Source: Thraustochytrium aureum
Lineage: Eukaryota
Direction of reading: 5' to 3'
DNA: 32,039 nt
NCBI GenBank assembly: GCA_012862495.1
Contig: BLSG01000075.1
Location: 5,018 to 37,056 of the forward strand
The notes beneath the pieces are model-generated. The model saw only the letters and a program-made list of their open reading frames with translations. It had not been told where the DNA came from and made no database searches. The position numbers and the translations under genes are program-made. How positions within the stretch are numbered: the first letter of the stretch is position 1; each line of letters begins with the position of its first letter. Below are positions 8,759 to 19,657 of the stretch, in pieces.

Positions 8759-9531
8759 CGAGCAGATTTCAACCCCGCGCGGGGCGGCGCGGCAGGCCTC
8801 ACGGCGACGAACCCAAACAGACCTCCTCGCGTGTCTCCGCGCGTCCGCTGCCGCCCCGTCGCTCGCGCCTCCTCCCCTGCCGCGTCGGCGCAGCTCTGCT
8901 TGCTTGCGCCTAAGTATGTCCTACTACACTTCTTGATTGATTGACGAGTGTAGTAAACTCTACCGCCTACCTTCATTGCTGTTCTGCACGTGCGCTTTTT
9001 CATAGATACTGAGCTGGAGGATTTTATGGCCCAAGACCGGCGTGTAAGGTGGGCGCGGCTCTTTGTGCCGTGCGCGGACGTGCACTTTTTCATTGAGGTT
9101 GATAGTTGTGGTGTTTTGGACTTGCTGTTGGATAATGTGCATATGGGGCTGTTTTGAGGACGATTTTGGCGCGTATGGAACAGAATGGGAGTTGGGTGAA
9201 ACGGGGTCCTGTGATGGACGAGGACTGGGTGGAGGTGAGGGCAATGATACAAGACGCGAGGTGCTGCCGTGGGATGCTGAGGGCGATTTGTTTTGCTTCC
9301 TCATCCGTTAGCAACGGATAAATCATTGAGTTGGACTTGTACGAGTAATGGAGCACATTGAGATTGAGATTGATTTTGATTGAAACATGACCATCGGTTT
9401 TTCGAGCTGCGCGACGTCGATGGACACCGCGGGCGACCAGCGAAGCAGGCCGGATCGCTGGGCGCCGACGCGCGATTGAGCGTTCGGTTGCTTTGGCGAT
9501 CTGCAATCTCTGCAGGGCCGCGCGGCCCGCG

Positions 9532-11094
9532 ATGATCTTGGCGCCGACTGCCGACGATGATGGCATGCAGCACGAGATAGAGCTCGAGCCAGACGCCCTG
9601 GGATGCGGCAAGAGGAGCCTGGATGGACGAGGAGAGATGGAAAGTCCTGGTGGCGCGCGCTACGCGCTGCCGGGCGAGCTGGTGAAGACGAAGCCCGACT
9701 TGGTGCAGCTTGTTGGCCTCACGGTTCATCTCGTCGCGTTCGCTGCTTTCGGGGTCGCCGGAGGCGCGCTTGCCATTGTGCCGTTCAAGCTCAACATGTT
9801 CAACACGTTTTGGCTCGTCAACGCGACTGCCGGGGAGCGGGTCATTTACAGGCCAGACCCAACGCGCGCCAAGGACGTGGTCTCCATGAGCTCGCTCCAG
9901 GTGTGCCTCACATACTTCGTCCCAGGAGTCTTTACGCTGCTGTCTGGGGCCAAAGGGGGCCTGCGCCTCAAGATCATGCTCGGTGCCGTGCTCGGACACT
10001 TGAGCTACTTGCTCACTTACGGCCACATCCCGCTGTTCCCGCAGCTTCTCCCGACGCTCATCTGCGCGGCCACCCTCAAAGCGCTGCTGCCCGCCACCTC
10101 CAAGCTCTACGCCCACGTCCTCACCCTATTCCTGTGCATGCTAATCGGCATGGGCTTTCTCGTGCTTTTGCCTCTGTTCCCCGCGCAAACGGACCAGCAG
10201 CGAGTGATCCAGGCCTGCGTTGTCTTTCCGGTTTTCCGTGAGGTGTGCTACTTTATTCTGCGCATCATGGCGCGCAGGCTCTCGTTTGAAGGGGCGGCGA
10301 CCGAGTTGCCGACCATGAACCGCGACTGGATCTGGCCGCTGTTTCTCTTCTTCCAGATGTTTTCAGCGATTATCCTTCGCATGATGTTCTCCAGGTTTGT
10401 CAACTTCGAGTGGATCGTCCTCGTCGTGGTCGTGCAGTCCGCCCTCGAGATCGCCCTGCGCCTCTCGCTCCCTTGGCGCGACAAAAAGCAAGCTGGGTTC
10501 GCTCAGCGCATGTCTATCGCGGTGGTGCCGGACGGCGGCCCCGCTCGGGCAGCGCCTTTGGCGGCCAAGCCTTCTTCTGCCCATGTCAAAGAGTTCCACG
10601 AGCGGTTGCTGCTTGGCGAAGTGCTCTCAGAATATGTGGCCATATGTGGCGTTCCACTCGTCGTGCTGTTCTTCCGCGACGCCCAGCTCATGCTCCCCCT
10701 GGACACCTACCTCGACCTAGCCGTTCCGTTTAGCGCAGACGCCGTCGACACGAACGCGTTGCTCTTGTCGACGCTGCTCCAGCTCGGCGCCGAGTTTCTC
10801 GTCGACACCTTTTGCTACTACCACGAAACCGCGTACGGGTACAACGTTGCGAGGTCGTGGGCCCGCCGCCCGCGGTCGCTGCCGTTCATGGTCGCGGCGA
10901 GCGGCTGGTTTGCCGCGGCGGGGGCGTTTTCGTTCTTGCACTTTCGCGGGGGCATTTTGTCCGCCTGCCACGGCAGGGACCTTTGCTTTTGCGCGCACGG
11001 CAATGGCCTGTTCCCGGGGGGGCTCCGAGAGCTCTACTGCGACACGATCTACCCGCTCACCGGCGGCATGCCAGACGGGACGTACAATAGTTAA
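9532..11094 (+). CDS. Uncharacterised multi-pass membrane protein (~520 aa, roughly 9-11 hydrophobic segments)
   Basis: Long uninterrupted ORF with GC3-rich codons and many Leu/Phe/Val-rich stretches. Cys-rich C-terminal tail 'ACHGRDLCFCAHG...LYC'. No family recognised. Confidence 0.8.
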   Translation: MILAPTADDDGMQHEIELEPDALGCGKRSLDGRGEMESPGGARYALPGELVKTKPDLVQLVGLTVHLVAFAAFGVAGGALAIVPFKLNMFNTFWLVNATAGERVIYRPDPTRAKDVVSMSSLQVCLTYFVPGVFTLLSGAKGGLRLKIMLGAVLGHLSYLLTYGHIPLFPQLLPTLICAATLKALLPATSKLYAHVLTLFLCMLIGMGFLVLLPLFPAQTDQQRVIQACVVFPVFREVCYFILRIMARRLSFEGAATELPTMNRDWIWPLFLFFQMFSAIILRMMFSRFVNFEWIVLVVVVQSALEIALRLSLPWRDKKQAGFAQRMSIAVVPDGGPARAAPLAAKPSSAHVKEFHERLLLGEVLSEYVAICGVPLVVLFFRDAQLMLPLDTYLDLAVPFSADAVDTNALLLSTLLQLGAEFLVDTFCYYHETAYGYNVARSWARRPRSLPFMVAASGWFAAAGAFSFLHFRGGILSACHGRDLCFCAHGNGLFPGGLRELYCDTIYPLTGGMPDGTYNS

Positions 11095-11165
11095 AGGGGA
11101 AACAGATGCAAATTCCAGATGGATGCAAATTCCGCAACGAAATTGGCCTGCCGCCGACCACCTCC

Positions 11166-11167
<2 letters not shown>

Positions 11168-11196
<29 letters not shown>

Positions 11197-11200
11197 TGAC
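11168..11200. repeat. (GAC)n microsatellite, 11 units (one GAT), downstream of the membrane-protein stop
   Basis: Read directly. Confidence 0.9.
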
Positions 11201-11503
11201 AACGCTACCAAATGCGCCGCGCTTCGCCGCGGCTGCTGCGCCGCCCTGTAGCGTCTGAGGGATCGAGCGAACGGGAGCTGTTCCGACGGGGCAAGAGACC
11301 CTCTAATCCGGTGCTTCAACAATCGTTTCTGTGCTACAGCGGATTTTGTAGTCGTTGAGCCCGTTGCATTCGTGCCACCAGAGACTTGATCAAGAACACC
11401 ACTGCGCTGCGGCGCGAGGCGCGCGGCCAAAGACGCGGCTCGATCGGCCAAGCCTACAAGAATCAGGCGTCGCGGCGGCTCACGGGCTCGTGCGAAAGGG
11501 ATC

Positions 11504-13173
11504 ATGTTCGCGCGAAGCGGCGCACGAGATGGTGCATGCACCGCAAAAGTCGACGAGGGCAAGCTCTCCGAGTCGCAAATGCTCGTCAGGCAGCTCGACA
11601 AGAGCATCGTGCGGAAGCTCGTAGAGAATGTGCTTGCTATCACAAGCGAGGAAAACATGATGTGCACGAGCGCGGAGGGCCTGAAAGAGGAGCTCGAACG
11701 CGCAGCGCGCGACGCGCAAAAACGAATTGCCGTCGTGTTGCAGCACCGGAAGGACGAAGCCGCCGGCGTCCACCCCGCCGCCCCACCGACGGCTGGGCCG
11801 GCTGCAAAGCAGCGCGCAAAGGCTGGCGCGCCCTCCTCGCGGCTCTACCCGGGACCAGCTGCAAACAAGAACAAGAACGAGACCGAGCTGCCACGAATTC
11901 AAAAGGCGCGAAACCAGGTTCCAGAAAGGTCTGGCGCCCACCTCGCCAGACCTGGGGCCAGGTCTGGTGCAAAGAGCAGTGCAGCCAATCAACTCAACCG
12001 CCTCCCGCGCGTGCAGAACCACNNNNNNNNNNNNNNNNNNNNNNNNNNNNNNNNNNNNNNNNNNNNNNNNNNNNNNNNNNNNNNNNNNNNNNNNNNNNNN
12101 NNNNNNNNNNNNNNNNNNNNNNNNNNNNNNNNNNNNNNNNNNNNNNNNNNNNNNNNNNNNNNNNNNNNNNNNNNNNNNNNNNNNNNNNNNNTGAAAACCC
12201 TTCGTCAAAGCCTCATCAAAACCCGGGGCGCGAGAAGAAGCCCAGCTCTGGCAAGGTCCCGCCGCGCGTTCCCCACAGACCGGCCTCCAACAAGATGTCT
12301 GCGTCGACGGAGGTGAACGTCGCGCTAGACAGAAGGACTGCAGGCCTTGACGATACGAGCCCGCCTCTGGGGCACGCCGCAGAACTGACGGGGCTCTGCT
12401 CGGCGCCCCTCTCGCGGTCCAGCTCGAGGGCAAGCTCACGTGCGAGCAGCGAGTACAGCCTCAAGATACCGCCAGCCCGAGTCGAGGAGCAAAAGCGGGA
12501 GATCGACGAGCTGCGCAAGGAGCGCAAGCGTCTCAGAAGCCGGTCATCGGCTGAGGGAAAGGGCGTAGATTCCCCGGCAAAGCAGCCCACGGTTGGCGGC
12601 GCCAGCCCCACATGGGACAAGGCGGAGCCCAGCGTCCGCGCAGCCGATGATGTTGATGTCGACGACGACGAGGAGGAGGAGGAGGAGGAGGACGAGTATG
12701 GGTCTGACTTTCAAGAGGACTCGCATGACGAATCGGACGGACAAGCTCGGTCGCCTGATGCCGCAACTCGTGGTCCAAGCGGAGACCCTGAGGGTTTGCC
12801 TGGCATGCGAAGGGCGCCAAGCTGGTACCCTGGCGACGAAGATGCAGATCAGCCTGGCTCCGAAGGGCAATCGGACAAAGTCGATTTCACGCCCGCTGCG
12901 CCAGGTGCTGGCGATGAAGCCGGCGAGGCAGGCTACTATGAGGAGGCGAGCGTTGATGCAAGCCCGGGCGAGCGCCCAGAGACATTAAGCCCAGGGGTGC
13001 TCCCAGAGATTCCCTCGGCCAGGCCTGCCGGAGAAAGCAGCGCAAAATCGAACAAGCGCCGCTCACCGTTGGACGCCGCCTACGGGCATGGAACGGAGGG
13101 CAACGACGACGACGACGACGACGATCTAGCCGAGTTTGACGACCTTGACTTTGGCGGCGCCCCATTGCCATAG
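11504..13173 (+). CDS. Hypothetical protein: helical N-terminal segment then a Ser/Pro/acidic disordered region; interrupted by gap 12023-12191
   Basis: Before the gap, the frame from ATG 11504 reads 'QMLVRQLDKSIVRKLVENVL...LKEELERAARDAQKRI'. After the gap, the frame has a coiled coil 'RVEEQKREIDELRKERKRL' and poly-D/E up to TAG at 13173. Joining the two parts is an inference. Confidence 0.65.
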
Positions 13174-13294
13174 GTAGCCTCTTCTCAGAAGCAGTTGATA
13201 CGAGTCTTTTTTTCTCTTTCCCGGCGCAGGATGCAGCGAGGTCCGTTCCGCTAGCTAGAGAGCAGAACTCGGGAGGTGCTGAGCCGGAACGTGT

Positions 13295-13604
13295 GAGCAC
13301 CTCGAGCAGCTACTCGACGTCCTCGTACACTCGCAGGTCATCGAGCACGAAATCGAATGAATCGCACCGCGGCTGACGTCCCCATCCTCTTCGTCCTGCT
13401 CGACCTCGCGCATGCGAAGGCCACCGAGCCTGAGCAGCTGGAGCGCCTCGAGCAGCTACTCGACGTCCTCGTACACTCGGAGCTCATCGAGCACGAAATC
13501 AAACGAAGCGCACCGCGGCTGACGTCCCCATCCTCTTCGTCCTGCTCGACCTCGCGCATGCGAAGGCCACCGAGCCTGAGCAGCTGGAGCGCCTCGAGCA
13601 GCTA
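13295..13604. repeat. Minisatellite, 146-bp unit, ~2.1 copies
   Basis: GAGC(A/G)CCTCGAGCAGCTA recurs at 13295, 13441 and 13587, with near-identical intervening sequence. Confidence 0.92.
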
Positions 13605-14475
13605 GCTACCAACCTACTCGAGGTCACTTCCCGTCTCCTGTGCGAAGTAAGTACACTATGGAGGTCGTCCAGATGCCCAAGGCCCGTGCTGCTGTCGCGG
13701 TCGACGGGCGCGGCCGCGGGNNNNNNNNNNNNNNNNNNNNNNNNNNNNNNNNNNNNNNNNNNNNNNNNNNNNNNNNNNNNNNNNNNNNNNNNNNNNNNNN
13801 NNNNNNNNNNNNNNNNNNNNNNNNNNNNNNNNNNNNNNNNNNNNNNNNNNNNNNNNNNNNNNNNNNNNNNNNNNNNNNNNNNNNNNNNNNNNNNNNNNNN
13901 NNNNNNNNNNNNNNNNNNNNNNNNNNNNNNNNNNNNNNNNNNNNNNNNNNNNNNNNNNNNNNNNNNNNNNNNNNNNNNNNNNNNNNNNNNNNNNNNNNNN
14001 NNNNNNNNNNNNNNNNNNNNNNNNNNNNNNNNNNNNNNNNNNNNNNNNNNNNNNNNNNNNNNNNNNNNNNNNNNNNNNNNNNNNNNNNNNNNNNNNNNNN
14101 NNNNNNNNNNNNNNNNNNNNNNNNNNNNNNNNNNNNNNNNNNNNNNNNNNNNNNNNNNNNNNNNNNNNNNNNNNNNNNNNNNNNNNNNNNNNNNNNNNNN
14201 NNNNNNNNNNNNNNNNNNNNNNNNNNNNNNNNNNNNNNNNNNNNNNNNNNNNNNNNNNNNNNNNNNNNNNNNNNNNNNNNNNNNNNNNNNNNNNNNNNNN
14301 NNNNNNNNNNNNNNNNNNNNNNNNNNNNNNNNNNNNNNNNNNNNNNNNNNNNNNNNNNNNNNNNNNNNNNNNNNNNNNNNNNNNNNNNNNNNNNNNNNNN
14401 NNNNNNNNNNNNNNNNNNNNNNNNNNNNNNNNNNNNNNNNNNNNNNNNNNNNNNNNNNNNNNNNNNNNNNNNNTT

Positions 14476-15252
14476 TTGTTTTACTTGCGGTGCCTGTGCT
14501 GGTCGCCGCGGAAGCGCCACCTGCTGTTGGTGGCCGTGCCGTTCTATGCCTTGACGGTTGTGGGCGTGGCGTACTGTGGGGCGAACTGGGAGGCCGCCGT
14601 GCCGGCGCCAGACTGCGCAGCGAGGGTGCGCGAGTACCTTGGCGTGGCGACGGCTCTGCTGGGCTCGTACGCGGCGCTGATCACGATTGGCGTGCTGGAG
14701 TCGGGCCGGCGCGCACTCCCTGGCCGGCCGCGGGTCCTGTGCTTGCCTGCCAAGCGGTTTGGGCAGACCTCGATCGCTTACATTGTCTCGACCAGCCTGC
14801 TCTGGGGAGTTGCGGGCGGCGCGCTCCTGTTTACGCAGGCCGAATGTAGCTCGGCCGAGGCCAGGGGCGAGGCCTGGCATGTTGCTTCGGGGATGCACTT
14901 GCTGCTTGTGGTCCTCGGCGCGGGCCTGCTCTGCGGGTCCGCCCTGTGTCGCGTCGAGTCACTCCTGGTCGACTACCACCACGCTAGCTGTTCGTTCGAG
15001 GACTTGGCCTTCACGAACGGATTTCACCAGCTCATGCTCCATGCCGGCGTGCACGACCGGCTTGAGCACTCGCGCTCGTACACGAGTGAGGCGGAGACGG
15101 AGACTGACTCGGCAGGGGCTGGAGACGCAGACTCTGACAGCGAGGCGGCGGCGGTATTGGAGGAGCAGGCGGATGGCGACGAGGCGGAAGAGCGCTCGCG
15201 GGACGCGAGCGTTGAGAGCGTGGCCTTCAACGCCGACTTGGTTATCCGCTAA
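14476..15252 (+). CDS. Hypothetical ~4-TM membrane protein with an acidic C-terminal tail; 5' part in gap 13721-14473 (possible start ATG at 13658)
   Basis: Four hydrophobic segments with a Cys in loop 1 ('APDCAARV') and loop 3 ('QAECSS'), then a D/E-rich tail and TAA at 15252. Confidence 0.7.
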   Translation: MFYLRCLCWSPRKRHLLLVAVPFYALTVVGVAYCGANWEAAVPAPDCAARVREYLGVATALLGSYAALITIGVLESGRRALPGRPRVLCLPAKRFGQTSIAYIVSTSLLWGVAGGALLFTQAECSSAEARGEAWHVASGMHLLLVVLGAGLLCGSALCRVESLLVDYHHASCSFEDLAFTNGFHQLMLHAGVHDRLEHSRSYTSEAETETDSAGAGDADSDSEAAAVLEEQADGDEAEERSRDASVESVAFNADLVIR

Positions 15253-15439
15253 GAATTTGCTTCGGGCGAGCGGAAGTCGCGACACTGGGGTCGTGGCGAA
15301 CGAACCTCTGGCAGGTTGTGAGCGATTTATGAAACAACAAAGTGGGTGGGTACTTTTGTTATTTGTCCATTGTTGCACATACCCTACCGGTACACAATCG
15401 ACCGAGGCCTCACTCTCCTACTGGCCGAGAGCCCATTCC

Positions 15440-18231
15440 TCAGAGGATGATGATCGAGCGCAAGAGCGCCAGCAGCATCATCGGGTTGGCATCGAGAAAC
15501 CCGAGCACGTTCTCCTGCGTGATGTAGAATAGTACGCCCTGGTCGCTGTCGCAAATGAGCGTGACGGTGAGCTCCGCGTTCGTGGTCATAGCAAACATGT
15601 CGCAAACAAATACACCGGTTGAGAGCGGCTCAAACGGGGTGACGCCCTGCGCGTCATCGTCATAAATAGAGACCCGCTGGTGCGGATGCCTCGTGGCCGT
15701 CAAGAGCTCGTAGGGGTCTGCCCGGTGCACCTCCTCAAAGATAAAGTCGCCCCGAGAGGATGAGCACGGCGCCCTGGGCGCGGTCGCCCTTGCGCCAAAT
15801 AACGTCGTCCTTCTTGAAGCGCTTGACGTGCAAAAAGGCCTGCAGGCTGGTCTTTTGCGCAGCGCTGAGGTTGCGCAGCACCGAGTTGCGCGCGATGGCC
15901 TGCCAGCTGCCGTCCATGCGGCTCTTGACCAGACACTCCATCTTGGCGTACAGCTTTTGGTCCTTCATGAGAAAGTAGTGGAACGCGTACTTGTCCACCT
16001 CGACGATGCAGCACTGCGTCTCGGCGATGATCGTGGCGGTGCGGTCCTCCCCCGTGATCACCGAGATCTCGCCGAGGTAGTCGCCCACCTTGAACAGCTT
16101 CTTGGTGCGCCCGAACGAGACCGAGGCCTCGCCGCTCATGATCACCATAAATTTGTCCCCCCGGGGGTTCCCTTCTCGGCGATGACCTGGCCCGGCTCGT
16201 AGACGACCTGGCTGGACATGAGGAGCAGCTCCAGGGCCTGCGTGATCGGAAAGCTCTTGAAGATGTCCACGCTGGCCACGAGCTGCAGGAACCGCAGCGT
16301 CTCTTGCGTGTCCGTGCTCTCTGAGAGCACCGTGGTGTTTTCCAGCCCTGGCTTGCACACACGAAAGCCGCGCTCCTCGGCGTCCTTCTGGTCCTTGGTC
16401 CCGATGTGGATGAGCTGGATGTTTTTCCGGTACTCGGCCGGCACGCTGTCAAACGCGCTGAGCGGCGTGTGGATCGGCGGGACACCGGCCTCGTGCAGCA
16501 CGAGGTCGCAGTCCCAGGGGAAGCTCATGAGCGCGTCGCGGCGCGCGGGGCTGAGGATGCCGCGCTCGCACATGCGGTTTAGCCCCTCTGGCTCGTAAAA
16601 CGTGTCGGCCGAATAGACCAGCCGCTTGCCCTCAAAGCTGACCTCAAAGCCGACGCAGGGGATTGCGTGGAGCGAGTAGAAGAAGCGGAACGAGGCCCCG
16701 CCCCAGTAGGTGGGCTCTTCCACGAAGACCGGGCGAAAGTTGACGAGCTGGCGCAAAAAGTCCGTGGCGAGCCCCGCCACGCCGGCGTACTTGCGGAGCA
16801 GCGAGTGGAATACGGTCTTGGTGGTCATCAGCGTGACCTTGTCCTCGGTGATCACCTTTTGGATGGTCCCCGCGTCGTGGTCGGCGTGGCAGTGCGTCAG
16901 GATGGTGGCCGTAATCAGCTTGGGCTGGATCCCGCACCGCTTGAGCAGCTCTCCCGAGTGCGGCGGGGGGTCCACCATGATGCCCTGCCCGTTGATCCAG
17001 ATCACAAACCCCGAGGTCGACCCGGACGGGTCGAACCCGTGCGAGTTGCCGAGGATCGTGAGCCCGAAGCGCGGGATGTTAAACATGGACCGACTCAGCT
17101 CGTCCGGCTCGCTCTCTTCCGCCGACAGGATCGAGCCGGCCGTCGAGCCGACCCCCGACGTGGACGGCTCGCTCAGGTCCGCCGAGCTCGAAGCCGCGGT
17201 CAGATCCCTTGTGGAGAGCGACTTTGCGGGGTGCACAATCTCCTCCGGGAAGAAGCAGCTCTTGGCCTCGTCGTCGCTGATGGCGGCGATCACGGCGTCG
17301 TCCTGCAGGACCGTGTACCCGTACGACTCGTCCTTGATGACCACNNNNNNNNNNNNNNNNNNNNNNNNNNNNNNNNNNNNNNNNNNNNNNNNNNNNNNNN
17401 NNNNNNNNNNNNNNNNNNNNNNNNNNNNNNNNNNNNNNNNNNNNNNNNNNNNNNNNNNNNNNNNNNNNNNNNNNNNNNNNNNNNNNNNNNNNNNNNNNNN
17501 NNNNNNNNNNNNNNNNNNNNNNNNNNNNNNNNNNNNNNNNNNNNNNNNNNNNNNNNNNNNNNNNNNNNNNNNNNNNNNNNNNNNNNNNNNNNNNNNNNNN
17601 NNNNNNNNNNNNNNNNNNNNNNNNNNNNNNNNNNNNNNNNNNNNNNNNNNNNNNNNNNNNNNNNNNNNNNNNNNNNNNNNNNNNNNNNNNNNNNNNNNNN
17701 NNNNNNNNNNNNNNNNNNNNNNNNNNNNNNNNNNNNNNNNNNNNNNNNNNNNNNNNNNNNNNNNNNNNNNNNNNNNNNNNNNNNNNNNNNNNNNNNNNNN
17801 NNNNNNNNNNNNNNNNNNNNNNNNNNNNNNNNNNNNNNNNNNNNNNNNNNNNNNNNNNNNNNNNNNNNNNNNNNNNNNNNNNNNNNNNNNNNNNNNNNNN
17901 NNNNNNNNNNNNNNNNNNNNNNNNNNNNNNNNNNNNNNNNNNNNNNNNNNNNNNNNNNNNNNNNNNNNNNNNNNNNNNNNNNNNNNNNCGACTTGAGCTT
18001 GTTGATCTCCACGGTCAGCGACGCGATCTTGCTCTTGTGCGCCTCCAGGTCGTGCGCCTTGCGCTTGCTGTCCTCTTTGGTCTGCTCGAGCAGGTTTTTC
18101 AGCTCTTCGTTTGCCTTTTCTAGCTTCTCGTTCGCCTCGCGCAGCGCGGCCACCTTGGCGTCGCTGAGCACGATGGACGCCGCATCTGCGCTAGTAGACG
18201 GCACCACGCTCTTGCTGGCCCCGCCTCCCAT
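15440..18231 (-). CDS. Metallo-beta-lactamase-fold cyclic nucleotide phosphodiesterase with two C-terminal cNMP-binding domains (Dictyostelium PdeD/GbpA-PdeE/GbpB type); gap 17345-17988, frameshifts at ~16160 and ~15751
   Basis: MBL motifs: 'GNSHGFDP..STSGFVIWINGQGIMVDPP', 'THCHADHDAG', 'SLHAIPC', 'YSADT', 'LHEAGVPPIHT'. CNB1: 'YEPGQVIAEKGTPGDKFMVIMSG...GDYLGE...RTAT'. CNB2: 'FKKDDVIWRKGD'. N-terminus MGGGASK followed by a coiled coil. Confidence 0.88.
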
Positions 18232-18447
18232 CGCCTTTCGCCGCGACGCCTGTCCAAGGCACTCGCGGCCGCAGCCCTTCTGCAGCCGCTACGACCAACA
18301 GCCCGCTGCACCCCGCCGCACAAACCAAACCACAGGCACAGCTCGCGACGCCAAACCGCGCACGATGCCGTTCGTTCCGCGGCGCCGCCCGTCCAAGCCT
18401 TCTTCTTCACCCGTGCTCTTCCGCTCGCTCGTCAGCTCGCGCGTCCT

Positions 18448-18459
18448 CGATATATATCG
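18448..18459. promoter_or_regulatory. Palindromic TATA-like element CGATATATATCG, ~220 nt upstream of the phosphodiesterase ATG
   Basis: Perfect 12-bp palindrome; an isolated AT run in GC-rich divergent intergenic DNA. Function is inferred only. Confidence 0.35.
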
Positions 18460-18467
18460 TCGGTCAG

Positions 18468-18523
18468 GTCGTCGTCGTCTTCGTCGTCTTCGTCGTCTTC
18501 GTCGTCGTCGTCGTCGTCGTCGT
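18468..18523. repeat. Imperfect (GTC/TTC)n trinucleotide microsatellite
   Basis: About 18 units read directly. Confidence 0.9.
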
Positions 18524-19657
18524 TGACGTCGCGGGGCCGAGCGCGCGCGCAGCGCAACTCTGCCAAGAAGCCGCAAGCAAACCTCAGCCGAATCGAGTTG
18601 GTTCGCACTTCGATGCCCGCGCGTCGGAATGCCCGGCTGCCTGGCTGTCTGCCTCGCGTCGCGCCGCGCGTCGCGTTTGCCCAAGCAATTCTCGCCGGAC
18701 CAAACAGCTCTATTTGCATCTCATCAGTGGCGTTCATTTTTTGGTCAATTCTCTGTCAATTTTCGTCAATTTTCCGTCGGTTTTGGCGGCAAAGCCTTCG
18801 CGTTTTTCGACAGAACAGACTCTGCGCGATCGTTCGTTCCGAGCTAGCTAGCTCTCGCAGGAGCTGCTCGCAGACTGGACTCTTGACCACTTCCTTGCCC
18901 CATCCTGCGGCTCTTGAGCGGCGACGCGCGAGGAATCCGTGCCCCCGCGGCAAATTCGGTAAATATATGCAATTGCGTAAAAATACTGATTTTGATATTT
19001 TTTATCCGGTTCTCGCCAAGTACTTGGAGAAGTGCCGCCAAAGCCTGAAACGAGCATGGCAAGCTGAGGCGCCGCTCGGCGAGCGCGCTCGGAGGCGCAG
19101 CACGCAGCGCTCTGCCAACGCGGCCTCTCCCTCTGCGCCTCCTCTCCGCCGCCGCTCTGCTGGAGAGGCGCAGAGGTCGGTTGAGTCCGACGGGGCCTCA
19201 ACGGCTCGCAGAATTGGGTCCGTTGGCGCAAGGCCAATGCGCAAGAGCACGCACGCACGNNNNNNNNNNNNNNNNNNNNNNNNNNNNNNNNNNNNNNNNN
19301 NNNNNNNNNNNNNNNNNNNNNNNNNNNNNNNNNNNNNNNNNNNNNNNNNNNNNNNNNNNNNNNNNNNNNNNNNNNNNNNNNNNNNNNNNNNNNNNNNNNN
19401 NNNNNNNNNNNNNNNNNNNNNNNNNNNNNNNNNNNNNNNNNNNNNNNNNNNNNNNNNNNNNNNNNNNNNNNNNNNNNNNNNNNNNNNNNNNNNNNNNNNN
19501 NNNNNNNNNNNNNNNNNNNNNNNNNNNNNNNNNNNNNNNNNNNNNNNNNNNNNNNNNNNNNNNNNNNNNNNNNNNNNNNNNNNNNNNNNNNNNNNNNNNN
19601 NNNNNNNNNNNNNNNNNNNNNNNNNNNNNNNNNNNNNNNNNNNNNNNNNNNNNNNAC

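Noticed and set aside
13295..13604. CRISPR array
   Set aside because: Whole units repeat with no unique spacers, there are no cas genes, and the context is eukaryotic.
16142..17100. RNase Z or antibiotic beta-lactamase
   Set aside because: It shares the HxHxDH fold, but SHGFDP/HCHADHD plus tandem cNMP-binding domains fit the PdeD/PdeE type.
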